Origin: the human T2T-CHM13v2.0 reference genome, Homo sapiens
Assembly (NCBI RefSeq): GCF_009914755.1
Contig: NC_060929.1
DNA: 64,000 nt
Reading direction: 5' to 3' (one strand)
In this document: positions 23,444-38,928 of the stretch, one piece after another
Layout: each line of letters opens with the position of its first letter
Position numbering within the stretch: position 1 is the first letter of the stretch
Translations under genes and position numbers: made by a program
Notes under the pieces: generated by a model
What the model saw: only the letters and a program-made list of their open reading frames with translations
What the model was told of the DNA's origin: nothing
Database searches by the model: none

Positions 23444-23727
23444 TCTTTCTTTCTTTCTTTTTTTTGAGATGGAGGCTGGAGTACAGTGGCGCAATCTCGG
23501 CTCACAGTAACCTCTGCCTCCCGGGTTCAAGCAATTCTCTTCCTCAGCCTCCTGAGTAACTGGGATTACAGGTGTCTGCCACCACGCCTGGCTAATTTTT
23601 TGTATTTTTAGCAGAGACGGGGTTTCACCATCTTGGCTAGGCTGGTCTTGAACTCCTCACCTCGTGATCCACCCCCCTCGGCCTCCCAAAGTGCTGGGAT
23701 TACAGGCATGAGCCACTGCGCCTGGCC
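23444..23727 (-). mobile_element. AluS (Sg-like) with (CTTT)n tail
   Basis: Dimeric Alu, short deletion near the 3' end (GATGGAG|GCTGGAG), TSD TGGATTCTT at 23435-23443 and 23728-23736. Confidence 0.95.
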
Positions 23728-24324
23728 TGGATTCTTGAGAAGTGAAGGGAGAAGGAATAATGGATGAGTCTGGAGAAAAAGGTGCCAGGAAAGAAGTGGA
23801 CTATTCCTCGTGTTTGAAGCCAGGGCAGAGGGTCTGCATTTGCACTCTGGGCTGGGGCTTTCTGAGGCCTGCTGGGTGTCCTGCCTCTCAGCTAGTGTGG
23901 CTTTGACGACCAAGGGCACTCTTTTTCGCATGTTACCTGCCTTAAGCTCTGCTTGACTAATGTCTCCAGTTGATTTCTCAGTAATTGAGAGGCTCTGGCT
24001 TTTGAAGTCATCTCGTCAGCCTGGTTTATTGCTGCTCTGTTCAATTGGTGGTTTACCCTGGATTGGTGCACAGCCCCCATATTTCCAGAGCATGTGCTTG
24101 GAACCCTGTCCAGTGGCCACAGGGATTGGGGGATAAGAGGCCCAGTGGATTTTCTTAAACCCCTGTCTTCGCTCAGTTCCCGAAGAAGGTCAATGCAACT
24201 TCTGAAAAGTTACAATGTTTGCTGAGCTCCTGGTTGGCTGAGCCCACGTCAAGGCTCACAGACTCCCGTTGAGAGCATCTTCTCGGACTCTCAAGATGTT
24301 ATGAAGGATTTTGCGTAGTGGATA

Positions 24325-24700
24325 TTTTTCTTCCTATGTTTAGCTGCCCAGCATCTGAGCCTCCTTCCTGTGTTTGGGGCACTCCGATTTCATGATTCTT
24401 AGTGAAAGACAGGGGGGTCCACCTCCCTCTACTGAAGCTAGAAAGGCCAGACTCTCACTTTCTCCACCTCCCTCACAGGGTACATAGCCAGGGCACCACC
24501 AGCCATCTCTCCATATTATCAGCGGGGAACTGGTGACACCAAGAAGAGGGACAATGGAGAGACTGCCTTGGTAGGAGCAACCAGCACAGTGTGGGACAGT
24601 AGGAAGGTACTGTGACATCTATAGAGGGGTGGCTCTGGCGGTAGCCGCATCCTTGCAGGGCAGGTTCCGTGCTTGATGGTGGCCAAGGTTCTGGGAGACT
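24325..24700 (+). mobile_element. Old ERVL/MaLR-like LTR fragment
   Basis: GCTGCCCAGCATCTGAGCCTCCTTCCTGTGTTTGGG; GCTAGAAAGGCCAGACTCTCACTTTC. Confidence 0.45.
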
Positions 24701-25087
24701 TTCATGCCAGCCTGGCTCTCTCCTTCATTTTGTAGGTCAGGTAACTGAGGTGCCTACAATAGAAGTGACCCACATACCACAGACAGGCAGCAGTTTAGGA
24801 CTATCATCCACGTCTCCTGAGTCACAGTCAAATGTATACACTCTTCTCTAATTCCCTCCTTAAACTTTGAAGTCAGCTAGGAAATACCCTAAAGCCACAT
24901 AATAATAGAGATCCTCAATTCCATTCCATGAGGCTATCTCATTCCACAAAACAGGCATTTATGTAGCACTCATTATATACTGGGAGAATGTATCAGCTAT
25001 TGTTCTTAACGAGACTATCTCATTCCACCAAACAGGCATTTATTTAGCACTTACTGCATACCCCATAACTACAGACACTGGGAGAGT

Positions 25088-25285
25088 ATATCAGCTATTG
25101 TTCTTACAACAAATCATCCTTACACTCAATGGCTTAAAACAATAAGTATATATTATTACTCTTGAGTTCTGCTGGTCTTGGCTCATTCACGCCTCTGCAG
25201 TCAGCTGTGTGCCATCCAGGTGGCTCTGCTGATCCTGGCTGGGGTGGCTCACACACTTGGGGGTTGGTTGGCTATAGGATGGTCT
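25088..25285 (-). mobile_element. MaLR LTR fragment (MLT1F/G/H-like)
   Basis: ACTCAATGGCTTAAAACAATAA; GGCTCATTCACGCCTCTGCAGTCAGCTG. Confidence 0.75.
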
Positions 25286-25939
25286 GCAATCACCAAAATC
25301 TAGAGGAGGAAAATCCTACATTCCGGGGAGATGTCAAGGCTTCGAGAAAATAATGTTGAGGGCTGCTGGGCTCTCCCACGGCATGCTCTTCCTCCTGACA
25401 CCGCCCTTCGCTGGCCCTCCACCTCCCCCACAGCCGCGAGTGTCTCCATGCCAGAAGGTGAAGCTTACTTGTCCCTTGATGGTTCCAGAGATTGGGTGCT
25501 CAGTTTAAGACATTTATCTCCTCAAGGTTTTTTCTTTTGGGTTTCCCAGCAGCCGAAGTAGAGGTGGGGGAGCATCAATTGCCTAATATTTATTGTAAAG
25601 AGAAAATAACTCCCAGCAAAGCTTCTCTTTAACACTTATTTCTGAAATAAAAATTCATGCAGAGCTTCATCTGGGTACCCTAAATCACATAGAGGACCAA
25701 GTCTCCACAATAGCCCTACAAGAACGGAATGCAGGATATGCGGAGCTATTTCTTGGGCTGCCTCTGGATGAAGGCTAAGGGGTAAAGATCGACCAACACA
25801 AGGCCAGAGTGCAATCCAATATGATGCAGCAGTCACATCCGACTCTGTGTGGCTCTGTAAAGAGACAGAAGCCCCTGGTACAGAAAAGCAGGTGGCACTC
25901 TGCATAAGGAAGACAAAGCCTGGCCTTTGGAGGCTCAAT

Positions 25940-26105
25940 CTGCCAGACACTGTGCTAGATACCATGCATCCGGAATCTCCTTCACTCTCCACGACAGCTT
26001 CCTGTAGCAAGCATTTCCTCTTTTACACCAAAGAAAACAGACCAAGAGAAGCTGAGTGACTTGTCCAAGGTCCCATGATAGCAAGTAAGCAGCCAAAGCC
26101 CGTCA
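25940..26105 (-). mobile_element. MIR SINE
   Basis: GCCAGACACTGTGCTAGA...GAGAAGCTGAGTGACTTGTCCAAGGTC. Confidence 0.72.
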
Positions 26106-26354
26106 GATTCATATCACTTTTTTACCCCTGGGCCACGGAGCAAAGCATTCATCTCCTCAGGGACCCCAGCTGTTAGATTAAACAGAGAGCTGTGTGGATC
26201 AGAAGAATGAAAATGCAAAGCTCCTATAATTCATAGCAATACCTGGATTTGAGAGTCTCTGCCTACTTTTTCAGTTTCAACTTAGAGAAAATGTTAACGT
26301 AGTTACCAGCTCTTTCTCTTCTATAATCACTTTTACAATGGTAATAATTATGGA

Positions 26355-27200
<846 letters not shown>

Positions 27201-27294
27201 GCAACACCTAATTCCCTGTTGTGGTATTCAGGCACAGTATTGTTGTTCTTGTTAGATTAAATGCTCAAAATCATCGTCTCATTCCCTTATCACA

Positions 27295-27735
27295 TAGGAC
27301 CATTTCAGCTTTTAAGCTGCAAGTAATAGAAAATCCAACTCAAAGTGCTTTATCCAAAATAGAATTTTTTATTCCTGTTATTAAAAAGTCTTCAGGCACG
27401 GCTGGATCCAAGGGCTCAAGTAAACTCAAATAAGCTTGGTCTCCACAATTAGCATGAGGTGGGCTTCGTTCTCAGGATTCTTATGGTTTCAGAATGGTTC
27501 TTGCAGCTTTGAACCTTCTATATGATCTGTTTCAGACCCGAGGGAGAGATTCTGATCCTGCCTCAGCACCCTCGGGAGGAAAGAATCTATCCTCTTCTCA
27601 TTGTCCCAGGTTTTGTCATGGTGAGAGGAAGTAACACCTGCCTGGCTTAAGTCTCAATCTCTTAACCTGACCACACACCTTGAGAGATACCAGAAGAGAA
27701 ATGGACAATGAGGAGGTGTACAGCATGGCTCACAG
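27295..27735 (-). mobile_element. Old MaLR LTR (MLT1K/L-like)
   Basis: CTGCAAGTAATAGAAAATCCAACTCAAA; TTCAGGCACGGCTGGATCCAAGGGCTCAA. Confidence 0.72.
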
Positions 27736-27816
27736 CATGCACTTTCTGCATTCGTGAGCCTACCTGCAAGCACAGAGGGTTTGATCTACAAAATTAGATC
27801 ATTTTCAAAGGCCTGA

Positions 27817-28167
<351 letters not shown>

Positions 28168-28339
28168 TAAACCATGGTTTAACAGGCAGCCTTTTTTCTT
28201 CCTTAGAGACAATACTATAATCATCTTCTAATCAATAACATTATGTATTAATTGAAACATGATAGCACTTAATAGTTGATAAAAATGTACCATTTTGACT
28301 TCGCATTTCAACAATAACAGTTGTAGAAGAAATAAGAAT

Positions 28340-28500
28340 AGCAATAGTATTAATGACAATAGCTAATATATTCAAGCACTAACTTTGTGATAGGCACAAT
28401 GCTAAACACTTTCCATACCTTATATTTTTAGTCCTCTCAAAAACCCTGTGAGGGGCATTTTATCATCTCCATTCAAAAGTGAGGAAATTTAAAGAGCTAC
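28340..28500 (-). mobile_element. MIR SINE
   Basis: ATAGCTAATAT...AGGCACAATGCTAAACACTTT...ACCCTGTGAGG...GAGGAAA. Confidence 0.75.
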
Positions 28501-29849
28501 AATGAACGGCTTCCACCCCTGCACCCTCCTTCCTAGTAAATTTTAGAACTCAAACAAAGGTCTGTAAATCTGGGACCCTGCTTTATTAAATGATGCTGTC
28601 TATTGACAAAGTTTCTCTTTTTATTTTATAAATATCACATATCTTTTATTTCAGAATATGCACTATACTTCATAGTAATAAAACTTTTTTTTTTTTTGGT
28701 TTAGTCATTTAGGCTTTCCACTGAAATCCAGGAAGCTTTTATCATTCATCTGATTTAAGACAGTTTCAAATATCTAAATATAGTTAGTTAACTGCTGCCT
28801 ATAAATATGGCGGAATTTTTTATGTGTATTATCCATAGTACATGATATGTCATTTTTTGTTGTTCTTGCTGAAAAAAAAAAACAAAAAAACGACCATCCT
28901 ACACACTGTGGGATGATTTATTCGATTGTTGTTATTCATGGCTAGGAAAAACTTAGAATGCTCAAAATAAGCAAAAACATTTCTGCAGCTGCTACAGATG
29001 GCCTACTCCCCAAGACTAGGCTGGCCCTGAACACCAACAGTCATGCAGAAGTGCCAGCCTCATATTGAAGCTATTAGCACTTTCAAGGAGCGCATGCTGC
29101 GGGTGTGTGTGTTGGGGGGGTGTCTCTGTGAAAATTCTGATGACTGGTAGAGTGCCCAAGCGAATCTTTGACCCTGAAGTCAGCCCCAGTCTTGGGGCCC
29201 CTCACATGCAAGAGCACCTTTTCTCATGCAACTGGAGCTGTGTGGAGCAGGGAAGGATGAGGTGTTAAGAGAGTCCTAATGAGCCATGTCACAGATGTGT
29301 AAAACAGCTGGAGGGATGATGTCACCACGCTCCAAGCTCACCCCGCCGCCTCTGCTACTTGCTGCCATTATTAGAAACAGACACTGGAGGAGGGCGCCTA
29401 GAATACGCGCCGGTCCCCTTCTCAACCACTCTCTGGTCCTAATTAGGTAGGCTGGGCCCCAGCTGTGCACGTAAACCTCACCAGGTGACTCCAAACCGTC
29501 TAGGCTTCTAATCCAGATGAGTCCTGCTCCAGCTTGCACTAGAGAGAGGCCATCTTCAGTGGAAGATTGATTGTACTTGTTACATTAAAAGCCTGACCTC
29601 CGGGTGGGTGGGGAGAAAAATTAAATTCTTAGGGAAAGGATCTGAAAAGGATTGCAATTAATCACAAACTCTGGACATTTTCAATTAAGAGTGCAATTCT
29701 TAACACGCCTGATGTCTGATGATGTCAGACTCTGTCATGGCTGTGAGTTTAAGACTTGTTTTCCAAAACAAACATGAGGAATCATCCTGTCTTGTGCTAA
29801 CTCCAAACATACACGTTTTCTCCTTCTTTAATCTGGAAAAGGAGCCACT

Positions 29850-30055
29850 GAAGTGCCTAATATGTGTCAAGTGGTTACATAGAGTGGCTCATTCAATCCT
29901 TTAACAACCCTAGGAAAGATTGTTATAGATGAAGTTGAGCTCAGAGAGGAGAAGCGACTAATCTAAAATCACACAGCAAGTAAGTGGAGTGGAATTTGAA
30001 TCCAGGCCAGCCATCTTACAGATCATGTCCCTGGCTTCCCCAACCACACTTACCA
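29850..30055 (-). mobile_element. MIR SINE
   Basis: CTCATTCAATCCTTTAACAACCCTA...TCACACAGCAAGTAAGTGG...ATTTGAATCCAGG. Confidence 0.78.
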
Positions 30056-30349
30056 CCCCCATCTCCATCCTAGTTCAGTTTCTTTGTTATACGTTACCAT
30101 ACAACTGGATTTCCTTTCCTTCAGAACACTGACCACAGTTATAAGTTTGTTAGTGTAATTAGGTAAATCTTCCCCTTCTGACTGCATGCTCCATGAGGAC
30201 AGAGCCCACATCTGATTTTGCTAGCCATCCATCAGTCATCTCACCCTCTTTATTCTTGAAAGCTGAGTCAAGATTTCATTCTGTTGTATACTTCTTTTTC
30301 AAAGGACTTAAGGACAATCCAATAAGGACAAATCCAATCCAAGTCTAAA

Positions 30350-30670
30350 CCACTCATAGTGGCCCCTTTCCTTTGTCGGCATTTGACTGACAATATGGGC
30401 ACAAGGGCCAGTTCTGGCCAAAGAAGTAAGATGAGAAGTGAGCTGGTGGAACTCTGGGGAAAGTTTTTCTGCTCTTAAAAGCAAAAGCCTGGGAAGAGCG
30501 AGGCTCTCCTCTTCCTCTTGACATTGTCATGTCTGCATCAGACCCTTGATACTGTAGCAGTCGTGTGTCTACAAGAAGAGCCAGTGGAGGAGCAAATCTG
30601 TAGAGAAAATAAGGGAAAGAGAAAAAGAGCATGAATACTTGATGATGTGGGAGTTGTGAGAATTAAGTAA
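30350..30670 (+). mobile_element. MaLR LTR fragment (MLT1-type)
   Basis: AGTTCTGGCCAAAGAAGTAAG...TCTGGGGAAAGTTTTTCT...GACATTGTCATGTCTGCAT. Confidence 0.65.
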
Positions 30671-30828
30671 CATTCATTCATCTTGCTGTTATTTATTGAG
30701 TGGCTACTAAATATCAGGCAACAGGAGTGTAACAGTGAACAAAATTAAAATGGTCCTTGCCCTTATGAAGCCTCCTCTAGTGAGGAGGACAGGCATTAAA
30801 TAAATAAACATATTGATATACAATTACA
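30670..30828 (-). mobile_element. L2 3' end (host of the large L1; resumes at ~37790)
   Basis: TATTTATTGAGTGGCTACT...AACAGTGAACAAAA...GTCCTTGCCCTTATGAAGC. Confidence 0.75.
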
Positions 30829-31410
30829 GGGAGTTACATTTCCAGGAGAGTAACCTGTAGTATAATAACCTTCCTGCAAGTCACAATACACACTCTGGAC
30901 AAAACAACAATTTGAAGGCAATTGTTACCTTTTTACCAAAAGAAGACAGAAACTGGAAGGAGGTTGACTCCATTTTTGCCTTAAAATGCTTTCCAGTTTA
31001 TGTATCCCAGAGTGGCTAGAACTCAAGCAAAAAGCCTCAGCTGGCTTGAGGAGTCAGAGGATGCAGTTTGGAGCTGCCAGAAAGGTAGAAAGTGAAGAAG
31101 AAATGTGGAAAAAGAGGGAGCAATGAAATGTGAACCCCTAAAAACCTAAATTAAAAACTCTACTTCAAATTCTTGTTGACTCATGCACTGTGCATGTGTA
31201 AGGAAGATTTCAAGGTTCTTAGCAAAAAGCAACAGCTGGGAAGTTGGAGAAATTGAGCAGTTCAGCTGTTATTCAACACAAGAAAAACTGAGTTTGGAGT
31301 TTGAACTTAACCAAAGTAATGCCTTGCTGAAACAAAAATAATAACACTCTTCAAAGGAAGATAACTGAATCCAGAGGCTCTACAAGGTACTGTTCAAAAC
31401 CTCCAGTATA

Positions 31411-31763
<353 letters not shown>

Positions 31764-34700
31764 TCAAGAGAAGAAAACAGGCAATAGAAACCATCCCCAA
31801 GACAATTCAAATGTTTGAATGAGCAGAAGAGCATTTCAAAGCATGAATTAGAAATAAGTTTAAGGATTTAAAGAAAAACACTGTCATAATGATAGAATAG
31901 TTGAGGAATCTCAGCCAAGAAACTAAAACTATTTTTAAAAACCAAATAGAAATTCTAGAATTAAGAACGATAATATATAAATGAAAAATTTACTGAGTGG
32001 GTTTAACAGCAGATTAGAGATGAAAATATAAAGAATCAGTGAACTTGAAAATAGATCATAGGCATTATCTAATCTGTAGAAAAGAGAGGGAAAAGCAGAT
32101 AAAATAAACAGAGCTTCAATAGCCTGTAAAAATATATCTACCTGTGTAACACGTTTACCTAGTAATTTTGTGGAAAATGAAACAAAAAGCTCAGAAAACA
32201 CATGCAGGATAAATACAATTATACCCAGCCACATCACAGTGAAACAGCTGTGATAAATAGAAAATCTTTTTAGCAGCCAGAGGAAAATAACACTATGCAA
32301 AAGAATAACTATAAAAATGATTACTAACTTCTCACAAAAAGCAATAAAGACCAGAGACAATGGAAGGGCATCTTTATGATACTGAAAGAAAAAAAAAAAG
32401 TGGTCAACCCAGGATCTTAAGCAAAACTATCCTTCAAAAAGGAAGTAAAATAAACATTTTACAAGTAAATAAAAATGTACAGGTTTTTTTTTTTTTTGCC
32501 AGTCAGCTTAGAATACAAGAAATGATAAACTAAACTTTTTCAGGATGAAAAGAAAGGACATCAGGTGGAAACCCAGATCTACAAGAATGAGTGAAGAGCA
32601 CTAGAAATAATAAATATGTGAGTGTAAAAGATTATTTTTTCTGCTCTTAATTTTTTTAATGGCAGTTTAAAGAAAAAAACCCCATATGTTGTGGGATTTA
32701 CACATGTGTATATGCAATATACATTATAATAATGGCACAAAGGATAGGGTTAATTAAACTATAATCTTGGAATAATGTTTCTTATGGGAATTTATACAAT
32801 ATTAATTCAATAGTCTCTGATAACTTAAGGATGCATAGTGTAATCCCCAGAGCAATTTCTACAAAATACAAAGAGATATAGCTAAAAATACAACAGAAAA
32901 ATTAAAATGAGATTCTAAGAAGTATTTGACTAACCCAAATAATATAGGAGAAGAAAAATAGAGGAGCAAAAACAGACAAAAATATGTAGAACAAGTAAAA
33001 AAAGTAATAGGCCAAAATCCAACCATATCAATATTTGCATTAAATTTCAATAGACTAAAAAACCACTTCCATTAAAAGGTGGAATATATGAAGACCCAGC
33101 TATATGCAGTCTACAAAAAAAGAGTTCTTAACTGTAACCACACAGATGGCTTGAAAGAAAAATAACAGAAAAAGATATATCTGCAAACCACAAGCAAAAA
33201 AAACCGGATTGCTATATTAATTTCAGACACCCTAGCCTTCAGGGAGAGGACAATTACCAGAAATACAGAAGGGTGTTTAGAAATGATAAAAGAGTCAATT
33301 CATCAGGAAGATGTAACAATCATAAATGTGAATGAGCCTATTAACAGTGTTTCCAGATACATGAAGTAAAACTAACAGAACTAGGGGGAGAAACAGACCA
33401 ATTCAAAAATCATGTTGGACATTTTAACACCTTTTTCTTAGTAAGTGATAGACAGAAATCATAAAAATATAGGAGACCTAAACAAGACTATTGACTACAT
33501 TTACCTAATTGACATTTATAGAACACTACACCCAACTACTGTTGAATAACCAAATGCAGGCCCATAAAACACATGTCAGAGGATTTCAAAAGATTGTACT
33601 CTAACAGTATGTTTTATGATGACACTAGAATTAAATTAGAAAGTAATAACAGTATTTAGAAAGCTTCAAATATTTGGAAATTAAGCAACACATTTATATC
33701 ATTATATTCAAAGAAGAAGTAATAAACCAAATCAAATTGTATTTTGAACTGAGTAATAACAGAAATACAATATATCAAAATTTATTAGATTTAGCTAAAT
33801 TATCACTTACAGGGAAATGTGTAGATTTAAGTGCTTCTATGGAAAAGGAGAAAAGTTTAAAATCAATTAAGTTTCCACCTTAAAATGTTATGGAAAGGCA
33901 GGCAAGTTAAATACAAAACACATAGAAGATAAAATAAGTACAGAGTTCAGTGAGATAGAAAACAGACAAACAATGAAGAAATTAACAAAACCAACAGTTG
34001 CTTTTTTAAACAGACTAAATAAGTTGATTAATCCTTAGCAATTCTCACCAAGAAAAAAAGAAAATACAAATTACCAATATCAGGAATAAAAGAGAGTATA
34101 TAAGTACAAACTCTAAATACATCAAAATGATAAAAGGATATTTTGAAAAATTTTATTGCAATAAATTCCACAATTGAGATGAAATTATCAAATTCCTTTT
34201 AAAAATGTCATTATAACTTTGCAGGATAAAATGGAATATTCAAATATCCCTACATACACAGAAAATTAATTATTATCAAAACCCTTCCCAAAAGGAAAAC
34301 TTGAAGCACAGATAGTTTCACTGGTGAATATTAAAAATCATTTAAGGAAAAGTAATATCAATCTTTTATAAACTTTGAAGAAGTCAACATAACCTTAACA
34401 CCAAAATATGACAAAAATATTACAAGAAAAGAATATTACAGACCAATCTGTCTCATAAACATAGACACAAAAATCTTTGGATAAAATATTAGCAAATTGA
34501 ATTCAGTGATACATAAAGAGTACATTACATAATAACCAACTGGGGTCTATCCCAAGAATGCAAGGTTGGTTTAACATTCCAAAGTCAATAAACATAATTA
34601 ACTCTATTAACAGAATAAAGAAGGTAATTGATGAATAAAAAGCATTGGCAAAATTAAGCACCCATTCATTGTAAAATCTCTCAGCAAACTAGGAAAAGAA

Positions 34701-35329
34701 GTTTTTCAATCTGATGAAGGTTATCTATAGAAAGCATAAAAGTAAGATTATAGTAAATGGTGAAATATTAAATATTTTTCTTAAGATCAGGCACAGGACA
34801 AAAATGTCTCCCTCAACACTTATATTCAACGTATCAGTGAATATCTTCACCAGTGTAATAATTCAAGAATAGGCCACAAAGATAAGAAGGAGGAAACAAG
34901 TAAAATTACTTCTGTTTAAATGTGACATCATTATTAATATAGAAGATCCTAAGAAATACATAAAATGACTCTGAGAACTATGAGTGAATTTAGCAAGGTC
35001 ATAGGATACAAAGTCAATATTCGAAATCAATTGTATGTCTATATATTAGCAGCAAACATTGAAAAATGAAATTTAGAAAGCCCATTTCCAACAGTATCAA
35101 AAAAGTAAATACTTAGGGATAAATTTAACAAAAGGTGTGTAAGACCCTTACACTAAACACCAAAATATTGCTAAGAGAAATATTTTTAACTAAATAATGG
35201 ATAGATATGCCATGCTTATGAAATGGAAGACTTGGGATTCATAATCAGTTTTCAGTTCTTCCTGAACAAATCTACTGAGTCAACGTGATCCCAATCATAA
35301 TCTCAATAGATTTTGTTCAGGTTGCATTA

Positions 35330-35534
35330 ATTCAGTGTCTGGTGTCTTCTTGCTGTGTCCTTACATAGTGGAGAGGACAAATTAGCCCTCTGGGGTCTCC
35401 TTTATAAGGGCACTAGTCCCAGTTATGAGGGACCTAATCACCTCCCAAAGGTCCCATCTCCTAATAGCATCACCTTGAGGGTTAGGATTTCAACATATGA
35501 ATGGGTGGGAGGAATAAACATTCTGACCATAACA
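35330..35534 (-). mobile_element. MLT1A-like LTR fragment inside L1 ORF2
   Basis: TTTATAAGGGCACTA...CTAATCACCTCCCAAAGG...GGATTTCAACATATGAAT...ACCATAACA. Confidence 0.88.
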
Positions 35535-37100
35535 AATGGCAAAAGGACAGACAATTCCATGGAAAAGAACTGAGAGTTCAGAAATAGAACTACATGGATA
35601 CAATCAACAGGTTGTTGTGTTTTTGTTTTTTAACAAAGGTTCTAAAGACTGGAGAAAAGAAAGTATTTTTTTAACAAGTGCTGCAACAACTAGTTATCTA
35701 TATCAGAAAAAAAATGACCCCTATTTCCCACCACACACAAGACTAAGAAAATATTTGCAAAAACAAATCTGACAACTGATTAGTATCCAGAATATACAGA
35801 GAACTTCTACAACTCCATAACAAAAATATTTTAATTACTTTATTGCCAAAAGACTCAAAAAGACATTTCACAAAGAAAGATAAACAAATGACCTTTGAAC
35901 ATAGAAAAAACTACTCAATATTATTAGTCAGCCAGAGGAAAGCAAATTAAAACAATGAGATATTAATACCTCTACATGGCCACTAGCATGGCTACACTTC
36001 AAAATACTGACAACCTTAAATGTAAGCTAGGATGTGAAGCAATAGGAATGCTCATACATTGTTGGTAGGAATACAGAATGGTACAACTACATCAGAAAAT
36101 GATTTGCCTGTTTCTTATAAACAAATATATGTGAATTATACTTCAGTAAGGCTACTACAAAAAACATGAAAAAAGTTAAATATATATCCACCCTATAATC
36201 CAGCAATTCCACTTCTAGGTATTTATCCAAGAAAATGAATATATATGTTCACAACAACACTTACACATGAATCCTCATAGCAGCTTTCATCATTATAGCC
36301 CCAAACTGGCAATAACCCAGATATCCTTCAACAGGAGAATAAATAAACAAAGTATGGTATACTTATAAAATGGAGTACTGCTTAGCACAAAAAAGGAACA
36401 AACTACTAATACATGCAACAACATAAATTCCTCTCACGAGGAATGTTATAGTGAAGAAACTTGGTAGGCAGCTCTTTAACCAAGTGAGCAGAAGTAACAA
36501 CACCAACACTGGGACAAATGAACCCCATGTGCTTCCCAGTTTGAGGCCTTGAAAAATACACATCACTTTGGTAGTATTCTTGCCAAGAAATGCATAATGT
36601 GAATATAATTGTTAGGAACCAGGAGATAAATTCAAATTTAGAGCCCTTCTGCAAAGTAACTGTCTTGTATTTCAAAAGGGTGATAAGCATGGAAGACAAG
36701 GAAGGACAGAGGGCCTATTCTATATTAAAGAAGGCTGAAAGACATGACAATAAATGCAATCCTGGTCCTGAATTGGCTCCTGGACTGGGAAAAAACGGCT
36801 ATTAACAACTAGATTGTTGGGTCAACTGATAAGATTTGAATGTAGTCTGTGGATTAGATGACAGAATTATACTCATGTTAATTTTCCTGAGTTTGATCAT
36901 TGCATTGTTGTTATATCAGAGCACACCTTTTTTCTTAGACAAGCAAGACACACTGAAGTATTTAGGGACAAAGTGACATAATATATATATATATATGCAG
37001 AGAGAAAGGAGAATGAATGAATAAATAAATGAATGACAAAGCAAAGGGGCTATATGTAAACAATTGCTGAATCATGGTAAAGAATATTCAAGGATTCTTT

Positions 37101-37422
37101 TTTTATTTTTTATTTATTTATTTATTTTATTATACTTCAAGTTCTAGGGTACATGTGCACAACGTGCAAGTTTGATACATAGGTATACATGTGCCATGTT
37201 GGTTTCCTACACCCATCAACTCGTCATTTACATTAGGTACTTCTCCTAATACTATCCCTCCCTCAGCCCCACACCCCCTGCCCTGTGTCCAAGTGTTCAC
37301 ATTGTTCAATACCCACCTATGAGTGAGAACACACGGTGTTTGGTTTTCTGTCCTTGTGTTAGTTTGCTGAGAATGATGGCTTCCAGCTTCATCCATGTCA
37401 CTGCAAAGGACATGAACTCATC
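37101..37422 (-). mobile_element. L1PA 3' end (L1PA6-8-like), 5'-truncated
   Basis: TTATACTTCAAGTTCTAGGGTACATGTGCACAACGTGCA...GCAAAGGACATGAACTCATC; perfect 16-bp TSD TATTCAAGGATTCTTT at 37085-37100 and 37423-37438. Confidence 0.96.
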
Positions 37423-37475
37423 TATTCAAGGATTCTTTACATCATTCTTGTGACTTCTCAATAAGTTTGAAATTA

Positions 37476-37773
<298 letters not shown>

Positions 37774-38290
37774 TTAAAAGTCAAAAAGCATGCAATTACA
37801 CATTTTGATACATGCAATGAAGAGATAATGCATGTAAGGTACTTAGCCCAGGGTAAGCACCTAATAGCAGCTATTGTTCTTGTAGGCAGAAGAAATGGGA
37901 AGGAGCTGTGTACCCACTCACACAGAAGGTAACTCGGCTAGCTTTTTGCCCAGCTCTCTCCTTATGGATAAGATAGATGAGACTAAGAGATGGGGAGCTC
38001 CTGATGAGTGGCAAAGTTCTGTTTTTTGTTTGTTTTCTACCCTATATCAGGAATATCCACGGTGTCCAGGGAAATGTGAGCTATATGATAATTTACATTA
38101 ATAATAATGAGGAGATATTTTTAAATAGGCTTTAGCAGTTATATAACGCAATGCAAACATCCAAGTATATCGGCTTTATTTCTGCAGTGATATATGGTGA
38201 TAGGCCCAGAACTAGTGATGGTTTAATCCTTAAAACGTTGAGTCTACACTCATGTAATCAACATGTCTGCCACTTTCCTGGAAATATTGA

Positions 38291-38365
38291 CTGAGGCTGC
38301 AGTGAGCTGTGACTGTGCAACTGCACTCCAGCCTGGGCAACAGAGCGAGACCTTGTCCCCAAAAA
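38291..38365 (+). mobile_element. Alu 3' fragment (J/FRAM-like)
   Basis: GAGGCTGCAGTGAGCTGTGA...CACTCCAGCCTGGGCAACAGAGCGAGACCTTGTC. Confidence 0.88.
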
Positions 38366-38928
38366 GGTGGCAATTGGTCAGGACCCTGGTCAGGACCCCG
38401 GTCAAGACCCATTAGGTAGAAAGTGACAGAAAACACAACCTAGAATGGGCTAAGCTAAAATGTGTGTCAATAAAGAGTCCAGGCTCAGATGGTTTCATGC
38501 ATGGCTTGACTCAGCACCTTAGACCCTGGGAGCTGGTCTTTCTCTGTCTCTATGTTCCACTCTGGCCTCCTGAGTTTGCAAGATGGCAAAACGGCTGCTG
38601 TAACTATGAACTTCCCTCATCTAAGGCCCCAACTCAGAAGGAAAGGGTAAATGCCTATCAGAGTGGCTTAAATAACAGCCTTAGGGTAGTCTGTGATTGG
38701 CCCAGTTCGGTTTTCTTTGAAACCCGCTCCTCAACCAATTAATCTGATTAGGAATATAACACACAGTGGGTGTCTTGTGCCAAAGTTAAATACTCTATTC
38801 TTGGGGCTGCTGTTATCTCTTCTGACCCTTCCCCAACTCCATGTACACACACCTCCAAACCTCAGATAGCACCTGAACCAAACGGAACTAATCCACAGGC
38901 CTGCTGAGAGCCAATCAGATCCCCTGTC

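Noticed and set aside
24930-25107. Repeat/spacer-like arrangement suggesting CRISPR
   Set aside because: Only two diverged copies, TE-derived, no cas genes, primate DNA
31935-35772. L1 ORF1/ORF2 as functional CDS
   Set aside because: Many stops and frameshifts; only short fragments remain open
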